Made by a program: the position numbers and the translations under genes
Origin: Candidatus Limnocylindrales bacterium
Lineage (GTDB): Bacteria; Chloroflexota; Limnocylindria; Limnocylindrales; CSP1-4
Assembly: GCA_038230295.1 (NCBI GenBank)
Contig: JBBRNM010000005.1
Span: forward strand, 779-64,778
Length of the DNA stretch: 64,000 bases
Direction: 5' to 3'
Notes under the pieces: generated by a model
Told to the model about the DNA's origin: nothing
The model's input: the letters and a program-made list of their open reading frames with translations, nothing else
Databases searched by the model: none
Shown: positions 1-10,500 of the stretch, one piece after another
Position numbering within the stretch: position 1 is the stretch's first letter
How the letters are laid out: every line of letters starts with the position of its first letter

Positions 1-1211
1 GTGACGCCGAAAGCCTGGAGCTTGAGCCGGGCGACCTCAGCATCGATGGCCTCGGGGACGCCGTAGACCTGGTTCTCGAGCTCGGCGTGGTGCTGCACGG
101 CGTACTCCGCTGCAAGGGCCTGGTTGGCGAAGCTCATGTCCATGACCGCCGCCGGGTGCCCTTCCGCGGCTCCGAGATTCACCAGCCGGCCCTCGGCGAC
201 AAGGTTCAGTCGCTTGCCGCCGATGTCGTACTCGAGGACGTTGTTGCGGACCTCGCGGACGTGGCCCTCGGCCATCTCGCGAAGCGCGATGAGGTCGAGC
301 TCGGCATCGAAATGGCCGGAGTTCGCGAGGACGGCCCCATCGACCATCGCCGCGAAATGCTCACGCCGGAAGACGTTGACGTTCCCCGTCGCGGTGATGA
401 AGAGATGCCCCCAGCCCGCCGCCTGGCCGGCGGTCATGACCTGGTAGCCGTCCATCAGCGCCTCGAGGGCCCGGACCGGATCGATCTCGACGATCGCCAC
501 GTGGGCGCCGTGGCCGTCCATTCTCGAGGCGATCCCGCGGCCCACCCAGCCATACCCCGCGACGACGACGTTCCGACCGGCGATCAGGAGGTTCGTGGCC
601 CGCAGGATCCCATCGAGCGTCGACTGGCCGGTGCCGTAGCGATTGTCGAAGAGGTGCTTCGTGAGCGCCTCGTTGACCGCGATCACGGGATAGCCGAGCG
701 CGTTGTCGGCGGCCATGGCCCGCAGGCGGATCACGCCGGTGGTCGTCTCCTCCGTGCCGGCGAGGACTTCCGGTACCTGCGTCGGGCGCTCCTGGTGGAG
801 GAGCGAGACGAGGTCGCAGCCGTCGTCCATCGTCAGGAGGGGATGCGAGTCGGCGACCGCATTGAGGTGCCGATAGTACGAGTCGCGATCCTCGCCGCGG
901 CGGGCATGGACGCCGAGCCCGTACTCGGCGACGAGCGCCGCGGCGACGTCGTCCTGCGTCGACAGCGGATTCGAGGCCGCGAGGATCACCTCGGCGCCGC
1001 CGGCGCTCAGGGTCCGCATGAGGTTCGCCGTCTCGGATGTGACGTGCAGGCATGCGCCGATCCGCATCCCCGCGAGGGGTCGCTCGGCGGCGAATCGCTC
1101 GCGGATGGACCGGAGCACCGGCATCTCGCGCTCCGCCCACTCGATCCGGCGGACGCCTTCGGTGGCGAGGGCGAGGTCGGTGACGTCGTGGGCCACGTGC
1201 GCCACGCTCAT
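1..1211 (-). CDS. ahcY: adenosylhomocysteinase (C-terminal end lies beyond window edge)
   Basis: Not in the ORF track because there is no stop inside the window. Minus-strand ATG at 1211-1209 opens [68 protein letters not shown], a canonical AhcY N-terminus. The frame stays open to nt 1. Confidence 0.9.
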   Translation of the reverse strand, partial: MSVAHVAHDVTDLALATEGVRRIEWAEREMPVLRSIRERFAAERPLAGMRIGACLHVTSETANLMRTLSAGGAEVILAASNPLSTQDDVAAALVAEYGLGVHARRGEDRDSYYRHLNAVADSHPLLTMDDGCDLVSLLHQERPTQVPEVLAGTEETTTGVIRLRAMAADNALGYPVIAVNEALTKHLFDNRYGTGQSTLDGILRATNLLIAGRNVVVAGYGWVGRGIASRMDGHGAHVAIVEIDPVRALEALMDGYQVMTAGQAAGWGHLFITATGNVNVFRREHFAAMVDGAVLANSGHFDAELDLIALREMAEGHVREVRNNVLEYDIGGKRLNLVAEGRLVNLGAAEGHPAAVMDMSFANQALAAEYAVQHHAELENQVYGVPEAIDAEVARLKLQAFGV

Positions 1212-1230
1212 CTGTCTTGGGACTCCTTCT

Positions 1231-2079
1231 TCAGAGACGGCGACGAAGCGCGTTGGCGAGATCGGACCAGACCGATCCGGTTCGGTGGGCGAGGCGTTCC
1301 TCGAAACGGGTGTGCTCGACGTACCCGAGCCGACGGTAGGCGTTGAACGCGGGTGGGTTGTCCGCGCGGACGTTGAGGACGACATGGTCGCAGAACCGGA
1401 GCAGCTCGGCGGTAACGGCCGCGGTCGTCGCCTCGGCGTAACCCCGGCCGCGGTATTCCGGCTGCGTCAGGACGTTGCCGACGACCGCGATCCGCGCGTT
1501 CCGCCCGATGACGTGGGTACCGGCCGCAGCGACGAGGTGACCGTTCGCCCGGATCCCGAAATAGACGCCCTCGGCAACGGCGTCACCGGCAAGCCAGGAC
1601 CCGAAGCCGAGCCGATACAGCCGATTGAGCTCCGAGACGTCCGACGACCGCAGGGGCTCGACGCCGGGATCGACCACGGGCTGGAACCGCTCGGCATCGA
1701 CCCACATCCGGACCATCTGGGGCCCGGGATCAAGGCGGTAGTGGCGTTCGACGGCTCCGATGCTGTCGGGCAGCGCCGCCACGAAGGCGAGCCGCGGACG
1801 GATCACGTCGCGCAGGATCGCCGCGACGCCATCGTCGCGGCCCATCACGAACAACGGCTGCGGCGACGGCCCGCCGTATTCGAGCACGAGTGCGGTCACG
1901 GCGCCCTGCTCGCGCGCGATCCCCCATCGCGTCCGACCGAACTCGCGGTCGTCGAGGTCGCAGATCGCGTACGCCGCGAGCAGCCGGTCGCGCTCGAGGA
2001 ACCCGCGCAGGAGGGCCCGGTCCGTCGTCGTACCGACGGCAATCCTCGCGTCGTGCCGATCGAGGGTGATCGTGGCCAT
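1231..2079 (-). CDS. GNAT family N-acetyltransferase
   Basis: 282-aa ORF. The C-terminal half has acetyl-CoA-binding GNAT motifs ([37 protein letters not shown]). The start overlaps the mtnA stop by 1 nt (TGATG). Confidence 0.8.
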   Translation of the reverse strand: MATITLDRHDARIAVGTTTDRALLRGFLERDRLLAAYAICDLDDREFGRTRWGIAREQGAVTALVLEYGGPSPQPLFVMGRDDGVAAILRDVIRPRLAFVAALPDSIGAVERHYRLDPGPQMVRMWVDAERFQPVVDPGVEPLRSSDVSELNRLYRLGFGSWLAGDAVAEGVYFGIRANGHLVAAAGTHVIGRNARIAVVGNVLTQPEYRGRGYAEATTAAVTAELLRFCDHVVLNVRADNPPAFNAYRRLGYVEHTRFEERLAHRTGSVWSDLANALRRRL

Positions 2080-3398
2080 CAGGCGTCCGCCTGGTCGTGC
2101 CGGGCGCGGCGATCGGCGCGGCGGGCCACCGCGGCGGCGAGCGCAGGTCCAAACGGTGGGCGGAGGACGCCCTCCTCGGTCACGATCGCGGTGATGAGGC
2201 CAGCCGGGGTCACGTCAAAGGCCGGATTCCAGACCATCGTGGCCGCTGGCGCGATGCGGATGCCGCGAACCGTCGTGACCTCTTCGGCCCGACGGTGCTC
2301 CATCGGGATGGCCGCGCCGTCCGCCGTGGCCAGGTCCACGCTGGAGAGCGGCGCGACGACGTAGAACGGGACGCCGTGGCGCTCCGCGAGGACGGCGAGC
2401 GGGTATGTGCCGATCTTGTTCGCGGTGTCGCCGTTCGCGGCGATCCGGTCGGCGCCAACGAGGACGACGTCGACGTCGCCTCGGGCCAGGAGCGACCCGG
2501 CCGCGACGTCCGCGATCAGGGTATGCGGCACGCCGGCCTGGTCGAGCTCCCACGCGGTGAGCCGGGCGCCCTGGAGATACGGTCGTGTCTCGTCGACCCA
2601 GACGTGGATCGGCCGCTCCGCGTGGTGCCCCGCCTGGACCACCCCGAGCGCGGTCCCGTACTGGCCGGCCCCGAGAGGACCCGTGTTGCAGTGCGTCAGG
2701 ACCTCCAGCGGTCGCCCGTCCGGAATCGGCAGCAGCGCGAGCCCGGCGGCGGCCATCCGGCCGTGGTCCTCGGTCGCCTCGGCCACGATGGCCATCGCCT
2801 CGACCAGCATCGCCGTCGCGATGGCCTCGCCGTCCTCGGAAAGCTCGCCGATCTCATGGAACCGCCCGAGGACGCGCTCGACCGCCCAACCGAGGTTCGC
2901 GGCAGTCGGACGAGCCGCGCGGAGGGTATCCGCCGCGCCTTCGAGGATCGCCCGGCGGGCGACCGGCTGTGCCGCCCGCGCGGATCGAGCCTGGAGCGCG
3001 AGGCCGAGCCCGGCCAGCTGGCCGATCGCGGGCGCGCCCCGAATCGCCATATCCCGGATCGCGGCGGCGGTGTCGTGTGCACCGCGGACCGGAATCTCGA
3101 CGAGGGCGTCGGGCAACCGCCGCTGGTCGATGACGAGGATCAGGTCGTCGGATTCGAAGCGGAACGGCGTCCGGAAACCGGTCGGCGCGGCGTCGCCGCT
3201 CGGCCCGCGGGCCGCGACGGGCGCGAACGGGGCCGCCTCCGGGGCCGATCTGTCCGCGAGCAGGCCCGCCGCCTCCGCCGCCGACCGCTCCCGGAGGTCG
3301 TCGACGACGGCGACGACCTGGGCCGCTCCCGTGAGCACCTCGCCGGCGAATCGCCGGAAGAACTGGCGCCGACTCGGGTCGGTCGGGGACTCGGTCAT
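2079..3398 (-). CDS. mtnA: S-methyl-5-thioribose-1-phosphate isomerase (eIF-2B-like family) with N-terminal extension
   Basis: 439-aa ORF. The core begins at FRFESDDLILVIDQRRLP and carries HCNTGPLG and VGADRIAANGDTANKIGTY motifs. It is preceded by about 78 extra residues. Confidence 0.85.
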   Translation of the reverse strand: MTESPTDPSRRQFFRRFAGEVLTGAAQVVAVVDDLRERSAAEAAGLLADRSAPEAAPFAPVAARGPSGDAAPTGFRTPFRFESDDLILVIDQRRLPDALVEIPVRGAHDTAAAIRDMAIRGAPAIGQLAGLGLALQARSARAAQPVARRAILEGAADTLRAARPTAANLGWAVERVLGRFHEIGELSEDGEAIATAMLVEAMAIVAEATEDHGRMAAAGLALLPIPDGRPLEVLTHCNTGPLGAGQYGTALGVVQAGHHAERPIHVWVDETRPYLQGARLTAWELDQAGVPHTLIADVAAGSLLARGDVDVVLVGADRIAANGDTANKIGTYPLAVLAERHGVPFYVVAPLSSVDLATADGAAIPMEHRRAEEVTTVRGIRIAPAATMVWNPAFDVTPAGLITAIVTEEGVLRPPFGPALAAAVARRADRRARHDQADA

Positions 3399-3419
3399 CG
3401 GATCAGCGGCGCCGATCGA

Positions 3420-3959
3420 TCAATAGCGGATCACGCTAGTCACGTGACGGCCGGTGAGGCGCTCGCGTCCGTGGAGGAAGTCGAGCTCGACGAGGAACGC
3501 CAGCCCGGCGACCTCGCCCTTCAGGCGCTCGACCAGCTCGATCGTGCCCTGCACGGTACCGCCCGTGGCCAGGAGGTCGTCGACGATGAGCACACGCTGG
3601 CCGGGCTCGATCGAGTCCCGGTGGATCTCGAGGGTGTTCGACCCGTACTCGAGGGCATACTCGACGGACAGCGTCTCCGCCGGCAGCTTGCCGAGCTTCC
3701 TCACCGGGACGAGTCCCGCCCCGAGCTCGTAGGCCATGGGGGCGCTGAAGATGAACCCGCGCGACTCCATCCCGACGACGATGTCGATCTTCTCGCCCTT
3801 GAAGGGCTCCATCATCAGCTGGATCGACTCGCGGAAGGCCGCCGGGACTTTCAGGAGCGTCGTGATGTCGTAGAACAGGATCCCGCGCTTCGGAAAGTCC
3901 GGAATCTCGCGGACCTTGGAGCGAAGATCCTCGACGGACACGCTCAGCTCTCCAATCAC
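3420..3959 (-). CDS. apt: adenine phosphoribosyltransferase
   Basis: C-terminal 179 codons of the 3420..5477 ORF: EIPDFPKRGILFYDITTLL and the PRPP motif VLIVDDLLATGGT. Start taken as GTG 3959, with GGAGG 12 nt upstream. GTG 3941 is an alternative. Confidence 0.85.
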   Translation of the reverse strand: MIGELSVSVEDLRSKVREIPDFPKRGILFYDITTLLKVPAAFRESIQLMMEPFKGEKIDIVVGMESRGFIFSAPMAYELGAGLVPVRKLGKLPAETLSVEYALEYGSNTLEIHRDSIEPGQRVLIVDDLLATGGTVQGTIELVERLKGEVAGLAFLVELDFLHGRERLTGRHVTSVIRY

Positions 3960-4012
3960 CTGGTGGGCCTCGCCTCCTGGCAGCCCAGCGGCGCCCCGGC
4001 GTGGCGTCGAGT

Positions 4013-5461
4013 CTACCGCAGCCCGCGCGCCGATCCGGCCTGGAGCCGGAGGCGTGGCGCCAGCAGGAATCCGATCAGCGCCACGACCGTGCCGACGGCA
4101 ATGGCGATTCCGATCCCGGGCCCCGGCCCCTCGCCCTGCCGCACGGCCGTCGAGACGGCGGCGGCGGCGATTCCGGTGCCGAGCGCCGTGCCGATCACGT
4201 CGGACAGCGTCAGCCCGGCCGTCACGGTTCCCTGGATGGCGCTCGGCGTATCCCGCAGGACGATCAGGGCGAACTGCGCGTACGTCAGGCCCATGCCGAG
4301 GCCGGCCAGGGCGAAGATCGGGATCGCGAGGATCGCCGGGACACCCGGCAGCAGGATCACTCCGAGACCGGCGATCCCGAGGGCCACGATCGGAAAGCCG
4401 ACCCGGACGAACCGCTCCGGCGGGAAGCGCGTCGACAGGCGCGCCTGGGTCCAGCTCCCGGCCGTCCAGGACAATGTCGCCGCGGTGAGGGCGATGCCCG
4501 CCTCGGCGGCCGACCAGCCGCGGACCTCGACGAGGAGCAGGGCCACGTACGCGTCGACGCAGAAGAACGAGAGCGTGAGCACGCCCCGGAGGAGTACGGC
4601 CGTTGGATAGCCGCGCGCTGCGGACAGCGTCCCGGGCGGCGTGAGCCGTCGGAAGGCGATCCCGATGAGGACCAGCCCCGCGGCGGTGAGGCCGGCGAGG
4701 AGCGCCGGCGTCTCGCTCGCCAGACCGGCGGTCACGAGCGCCGCGCCGACCGCGACCACCACCGCGTCGGCCAGCCGCTGGAGCGAGGAGCCCGATCCCG
4801 TCGCCGCGATGCGCGGGAGGGGCCGCAGGCCGCGCAGGGCCATCGTCCCCGACAGGACGATCAGCGGCAGCAGGCCGAGGAAGATCAGGCGCCAGTGGAA
4901 GACCTCCGCGACGACCCCGGCGATCGCCGGCCCGAGCACGCCCGGCAGGATCCACGCCGTCGAGAGCATCGCGAACATCCGCGGCCGCAGTGACTCCGGC
5001 AGGCTCCGCCCGATGGCCACGTAGGCGACTGGTGGGATCGACCCGCCGCCGATGCCCTGGATGAACCGGGCCCCGATCAGGACCGGCATCGAGGGCGCCA
5101 GGCCGCCGATCGCGAGCCCGATCGCGAAGAGGACGAGCCCGACGATGAACGGCAGCACCACGCCCCGGCGGTCGATGAGCCCGCCGACCACGACGATCCC
5201 GAAGAGCGATCCGATGAGGAACGCCGAGAACACCAGCCCGTAGAGCTCGAGGCCGCCAAGATCCCGCGCGACGATCGGCATCGCCGTCGACACGGCCAGG
5301 GCCTCCGCGGCCACGAGGGTGATCGTGAGCACGAGGCCAAGGGTCAGCGGCCGCCGGGCCGGCGACCACAGCCCATCCTCGCCCGCGAGCCGCGGTGGCA
5401 CGTGGACGGAGCTGAGGCTCTCGGGGTGGGCCAGCTCCTCGGCGGTGATCTCGTCGGGCAT
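4013..5461 (-). CDS. MFS transporter
   Basis: Multi-pass hydrophobic protein in the 4013..5776 ORF. Start trimmed to ATG 5461 (MPDEITAEEL), because the upstream 105 codons are Arg/Ser-rich and non-protein-like. Confidence 0.8.
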   Translation of the reverse strand: MPDEITAEELAHPESLSSVHVPPRLAGEDGLWSPARRPLTLGLVLTITLVAAEALAVSTAMPIVARDLGGLELYGLVFSAFLIGSLFGIVVVGGLIDRRGVVLPFIVGLVLFAIGLAIGGLAPSMPVLIGARFIQGIGGGSIPPVAYVAIGRSLPESLRPRMFAMLSTAWILPGVLGPAIAGVVAEVFHWRLIFLGLLPLIVLSGTMALRGLRPLPRIAATGSGSSLQRLADAVVVAVGAALVTAGLASETPALLAGLTAAGLVLIGIAFRRLTPPGTLSAARGYPTAVLLRGVLTLSFFCVDAYVALLLVEVRGWSAAEAGIALTAATLSWTAGSWTQARLSTRFPPERFVRVGFPIVALGIAGLGVILLPGVPAILAIPIFALAGLGMGLTYAQFALIVLRDTPSAIQGTVTAGLTLSDVIGTALGTGIAAAAVSTAVRQGEGPGPGIGIAIAVGTVVALIGFLLAPRLRLQAGSARGLR

Positions 5462-5522
5462 CCGGGCAGTATGCCAACGCGCGGCTCGCCGAATCCGTGG
5501 GGCTCGCGAGGGTTCTGCGATC

Positions 5523-6287
5523 CTAGGCGGCCGAGCCGCTCGGCGCGAGGCGGGCCGAGAGCCAGAACGTGCCGCCGACGATTCCGCCCACGATCGGCGG
5601 TTCCGCCACCAGCGATGGGTCCGCAACGATCTCGAGCCTGCCGCCGTAGGTCTGCACGCGGCACCAGATGAAGGTCCGGCCCGAGCTGGGGTTCGTCCGG
5701 ACCTCCGTCGCCTCGACGTGGCCATAGAGGATCGCCTCCGCGCGGGGCGGCGTCGTGATCGCTCCGCCCGGCGCAAAGAGGCCGGACGGGATCAGCGACT
5801 CGGCGGCCATCTTCGAGCCCGTGGCTCGGAACGCCTCCTCGGTCGGGTGGCTCTCGAACGTGTGGGCGAACGCGGCGATCGCGAGGTCGACCTCGAGCGG
5901 CAGCACGAGATCGTCGTGCAGGCGGAAGTCGGGAACGTCGACGAAGAGCGGAGACGCCCCGACCTCGGCATCGCCATCGGCCGGGTCGACGGGCTGCGGG
6001 TCCAGCCAGAGGTGGAACCCGCCGTCGAGGGGGTGCGTCGCGCTGTGCTCCCGACCGGTCAGCCGGACCCGCGTCGGCGTGCGCGCGTCGAAGTGCGGGT
6101 TCGCCCCGACGAGGTGATGCTCGAGGTCGATCTGGAACCAGAACTCCGTGCCCGCGCCGGGAGACCAGCGCAGGTAGTGGCCGAAGGGCGTCACGTCGGC
6201 CGGCGTGTCCGGTGGCAGGGCGCGCGCGAACGCGGTCAGGTCGTCCGTCGAGCGGACGACGAAGCCAATATCCGAGAAGTGCGACAC
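5523..6287 (-). CDS. hypothetical protein
   Basis: 254-aa ORF with protein-like composition (MSHFSDIGFVVRSTDDL...). No family recognised. Confidence 0.6.
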   Translation of the reverse strand: MSHFSDIGFVVRSTDDLTAFARALPPDTPADVTPFGHYLRWSPGAGTEFWFQIDLEHHLVGANPHFDARTPTRVRLTGREHSATHPLDGGFHLWLDPQPVDPADGDAEVGASPLFVDVPDFRLHDDLVLPLEVDLAIAAFAHTFESHPTEEAFRATGSKMAAESLIPSGLFAPGGAITTPPRAEAILYGHVEATEVRTNPSSGRTFIWCRVQTYGGRLEIVADPSLVAEPPIVGGIVGGTFWLSARLAPSGSAA

Positions 6288-6334
6288 GCCGGCGGGCTAC
6301 GACGCGTTGGGGTCGCGGCCCCCAGCTGCGAGAC

Positions 6335-6583
6335 CTACGCCCCCTGGGTGACCTCGTTCAGGGTATGGGCCTCAAGGCCGTGGGCTTCGCGGTGGACCTT
6401 CGTCGCGGTCTCGCGATCGGGCGCATCCACGAGGCAGAACACCTTGCCGGCTTCCTCGTCGACCCAGTAGTGCTTGTAGTCCACGCCGTACTTGCCCTGG
6501 ACCTTCAGGTCCGCTTCGTGTGCCCCGGCGACATCGGCGGCCTTCACGCCGGGGATGTCATGGGTGTCCAGATAGGTCGGCAT
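6335..6583 (-). CDS. DUF4242-like small protein (SCO4226-type fold)
   Basis: 82-aa ORF MPTYLDTHDIPGVKAADVAGAHEADLKVQGKYGVDYKHYWVDEEAGKVFCLVDAPDRE. This matches my recollection of the DUF4242 pattern. Confidence 0.65.
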   Translation of the reverse strand: MPTYLDTHDIPGVKAADVAGAHEADLKVQGKYGVDYKHYWVDEEAGKVFCLVDAPDRETATKVHREAHGLEAHTLNEVTQGA

Positions 6584-6620
6584 CGTGTCCTCCGTCAGTG
6601 CTGGTCAGGTGCGGGCCATG

Positions 6621-7466
6621 CTAGTACGAGCGGTCGATGGCCGCCCGGGCGACCTTCACGGCAATGCTCCCGCCCGGGACGAGCAGCCCGACCGTGTCGG
6701 CGCCGATGTCGAAGAGCGCTTCGCGGGTGATCACCCGGCTGATCTGCGTTCCGAGGGAGCTCGTCTGGCGAGCCTGTCCCGTGAGCCCATCGATCTCGAT
6801 GACACCGCGCTTGTCCTTGCCGGCCCAGGCGAACTCGAATGCCCAGACCGGTCGGTAGAAGAGCTCCAACGCCTCGATCGCGAGCGCCTCCTCGTGGACG
6901 ACGTCCGCCTGGAGCGGGCGCAGCATCTTCGAGAGGAGCTGCCGGACGACCGAGGACGCCCGCTGCTCGGGGCTGACCACGATCGTGTCGTTCGCGGCGA
7001 GCGCGGTGGTGTCCTCGATCTCGGTCCGGGTCCCGCTGACGAGTGACGGCCCATCGGTCATCGCCGCCCCGCTGACGCCCTCGATGAAGAGCGCGTCGAC
7101 GAACTCCTCGCGGCAGTGCTCCAGCACCGGCACAACGAACGATGGCCCGGCCTTGCCCGAGACGCCGATCTGGTAGTCCGCGTCGCCGAGCGTCACGGAT
7201 TTCACGTCGCTCGCGCTGGCGGGCACGGTGTAATCGCGGGTCCGGTCGTAGACGTAGTGGGCGCGACATGAGACATGCCAGAACGGCTCGACCCGGCGCT
7301 GGGTGGTCAGGATGGTGACGTCGTCCGATTTCGGGCGCTGGAGCAGGCCGCCGATGCCACCACCGAACGCGGTCGTCCGCTTGTCCATGGCGCGCTGCCG
7401 GACCTCGTCGAACGCGACCCGCTCCTCGAGCGCGAAGATGCGCTGGCCACCGAGCTGGATGTCCAC
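6621..7466 (-). CDS. hypothetical protein
   Basis: 281-aa ORF with balanced composition and no recognised domain. Confidence 0.6.
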   Translation of the reverse strand: MDIQLGGQRIFALEERVAFDEVRQRAMDKRTTAFGGGIGGLLQRPKSDDVTILTTQRRVEPFWHVSCRAHYVYDRTRDYTVPASASDVKSVTLGDADYQIGVSGKAGPSFVVPVLEHCREEFVDALFIEGVSGAAMTDGPSLVSGTRTEIEDTTALAANDTIVVSPEQRASSVVRQLLSKMLRPLQADVVHEEALAIEALELFYRPVWAFEFAWAGKDKRGVIEIDGLTGQARQTSSLGTQISRVITREALFDIGADTVGLLVPGGSIAVKVARAAIDRSY

Positions 7467-7548
7467 GATCGATGCACTCCCCCTCGCGCCGCGGGACGGG
7501 CTGCGTGACCCGAAGCCGACGTCCGACGCAGGCCCATCTTATGGCCCG

Positions 7549-10500
7549 TCAGCCTGCTGGTGCAGCCGTCTCCACGGAGAGTCGCGCGACCACCGCCTGC
7601 GTGAGCTGCCAGCCCTTCAGTGGGTCCTTTGGCAGGCGAATGCGAACCTGGTTCGAGGCGAAGGTCACCTCCGAATGGCGAACCCCGGGGAGCGCCGCCG
7701 GGGTGATCAGGCGCATCGCGGTGGTCCGTGACAGCCCGAACCCGAATCGGACGACGAGCTGGCCCTCCTCGCGGGAGATCGAGGACACGCCGGCGGCTTC
7801 CGCCGCCAGCCGCAGCTCGGCGACTTCGACGAGTCGGTGGACCGGGGGCGGCATCGGGCCGAACCGGTCGATGACCTCCTGGCGGAACGCCGCGAGGTCG
7901 CCCGCACTGCGGGCCCGGGCGAGCCGCCGGTAGAGCTCGAGCTTCTGGGCTTCCTCGGCGACATAGTCGTTCGGGAGGTGCGCCTCGATCGGCAGGTCGA
8001 CGACCGCCTGGGGCGTCGGGAGGACCGGGGCCCGATGGTCGTGCTCCGCCTTGCGCTCCTCCACGGCCTCGGCGAGGAGGCGCGAGTAGAGATCGAAACC
8101 GACGGCGGCCATGAAGCCCGACTGCTCGCCGCCGAGGATGTTCCCGGCACCCCGGATCTCGAGGTCGGAGAGCGCGATCTGGAAGCCGGCGCCGAGCTCG
8201 GACGCGTTGAAGATCGCCTGGAGCCGCTTGCGGGCCTCCTCGCTCATCCGCTCCCGGCGGCGGTAGAGGAGGTAGGCGTAGGCGCGGCGCGACGAGCGGC
8301 CCACGCGCCCTCGGAGCTGGTAGAGCTGGGCGAGCCCGAGCGTGTCCGCGCGGTCGATGATGATCGTGTTTGCGTTCGGGATGTCGAGGCCGGATTCGAT
8401 GATCGTCGTGCAGACCAGCACGTCCGCCTGGCCCTCGGCGAAGGTGAGCATGACCCGCTCGAGAACGCCCTCGGGCATCTGGCCGTGGCCCACCACCAGG
8501 CGGGCATCCGGCAGGAGCTTGCGGAGCTGCTCTGCCTGGGCCTCGATCGTCTCGACCCGGTTATGGACGTAGAACACCTGGCCGCCGCGGTCGAGCTCGC
8601 GCAGGATCGCGTCGCGGACCAGCCCGGCCGACGCCTCCGCGACCCGCGTCTGGATCGGCAGGCGATCCTCCGGCGGCGTTTCGATGACGCTCATGTCGCG
8701 AACGCCGGCGAGGGCGAGGTTCAGCGTCCGAGGGATGGGCGTCGCGGAGAGCGTCAGGACATCGACCTCGCGCTTGAGCTGCTTGAGCCGCTCCTTCGCG
8801 GCGACGCCGAAGCGCTGCTCCTCGTCGACGACGACCAGGCCGAGGTCGCGGAAGCGGACATCGCGCGACAGCAGTCGGTGGGTGCCGATGACGAGATCGA
8901 CACTGCCGTCGGTGAGGCCCGCGATCGTCCGGTCCTGCTCGGACTTGGCGACGAATCGCGAGAGGAGGGCGACCTTGACGGGGAAGGCCGCGAAGCGAGA
9001 CCCGAACGTGGCGTGATGCTGGGCGGCGAGGACGGTCGTCGGGACGAGGACGGCGACCTGCTTGCCGTCCTGGATCGCCTTGAACGCGGCCCGCAGCGCG
9101 ACCTCGGTCTTGCCGTAGCCCACGTCGCCGACGACCAGCCGATCCATCGGCCGAATCGTCTCCATGTCGTGCTTGACCTCGACGACGGCGCGCAGCTGGT
9201 CGACGGTCTCCTCATACGGGAACGAGGCCTCCATCTCCGACTGCCACGGCGAATCCGACGCGAATGAGTGGCCGGCCGCCGAGGCGCGCGCGGCATAGAG
9301 CGCCAAGAGCTCCTCGGCGAGGTCGGTCACCGCCTTGCGGACGCGTTGCTTCGTCCGGAGCCACTCCGTCCCGCCGAGCCTCGACAGCTGCGGCCGCTCG
9401 CCACCGCTGTACCGGCTCACCCGGGCGATCTGCTCGACCGGTACGAAGATCCGGTCGCCCGCCGCGAACGAGAGCTCGAGGTAGTCGCGTTCGTCGCCGG
9501 CGCCCGAGCTCCGCCGGAGCATCTGCTCGTAGCGCGCGATCCCGTGATCGATGTGGACGACGAGGTCGCCCGGGGCGAGCCGCTCCAGGATGTCGCGCGG
9601 CACCACCCGGCGCATCGCCTTCGGCCGTCGGACGCGGACGTTGCCGAACAGCTCCCGGTCGGTGACGAACACGAGGTTGTCGGGGCCACCGGCGAAGCCG
9701 CCGTTGAGGCTCCGATCGACGAGGACCACGGCGCCCGGCGGCGGCGCCTCGGTCACGACGTCGGTGACGCCGGCCGTGATCTCGGCCTCCTCGAGGAGCT
9801 CGCCCAGGCGCGGCGCCTGGTCCGACGCGATCACGATGCGGGGCTCCACGCCGCCATCCTCGCCGCGCCAGCGCGCAACAGCGTCGGCGATTCGAGCAGC
9901 GCGGCCCGGCGGCAGCGCGGGCTCGCGCCAGCCGAAGAGATCGCCCGACGACTTACCACCACCGGCAATCGCGTCGTGGGCCTCGGATTCCCAGGTCAGC
10001 TCGAGGGTTCTCGCGGCGAGGAGCCTCGCCTTCCAGTCGCGCGGCCCGAGGAGCGTCGGTGGCCAGTCCTTTGGCAGGTCGCCCGCGGCGAGGAGGTCGG
10101 CCCGCCGCTCGTCGGCCTGGCGCCACAGGAACTCGGCCGCTTCCGCGATGTCGCCGGGCTCGTCGATCACGAGGAGCGTCTCGGGGCCGATGTGGTCGAG
10201 TCCCGTCGAGGGTGCGAGGAGCGGTGCCCAGATCTCGGCCGCATCGCCGACGTTGACCGCTCGCGAGGTCGCGTTCGGGGGAGCGGCAAGTCGCGCTTCC
10301 GCGTGGGCCGCTCCCGCGCGGGCCGCCGAATCCCCGCTCGGCTCGAAGCGTTCGAGGTCGGCGGCGAGGCGCTCCGGCAGCCTCGCCGCGGCCCGGCCGA
10401 GACGACCACGCAACTCCGCCCCGCCCCCGCCGACCGGCAGCAGGAATTCCGAGGCCGGCAGGAGGACAATCGAGTCGACGCGCCCGACGGAGCGCTGGTC

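Noticed and set aside
3960-5776. The long N-terminal extensions in the ORF-track entries 3420..5477, 4013..5776, 18610..19497, 24548..25693, 38300..39949, 39616..40890, 41844..43157, 48557..49960, 57634..59352, 59842..61269 and 61149..62051.
   Set aside because: Each extension overlaps the preceding gene and is Arg/Pro/Gly-rich. An internal start sits exactly at the upstream gene's stop, or at a signal peptide or conserved N-terminus. Starts were trimmed accordingly.
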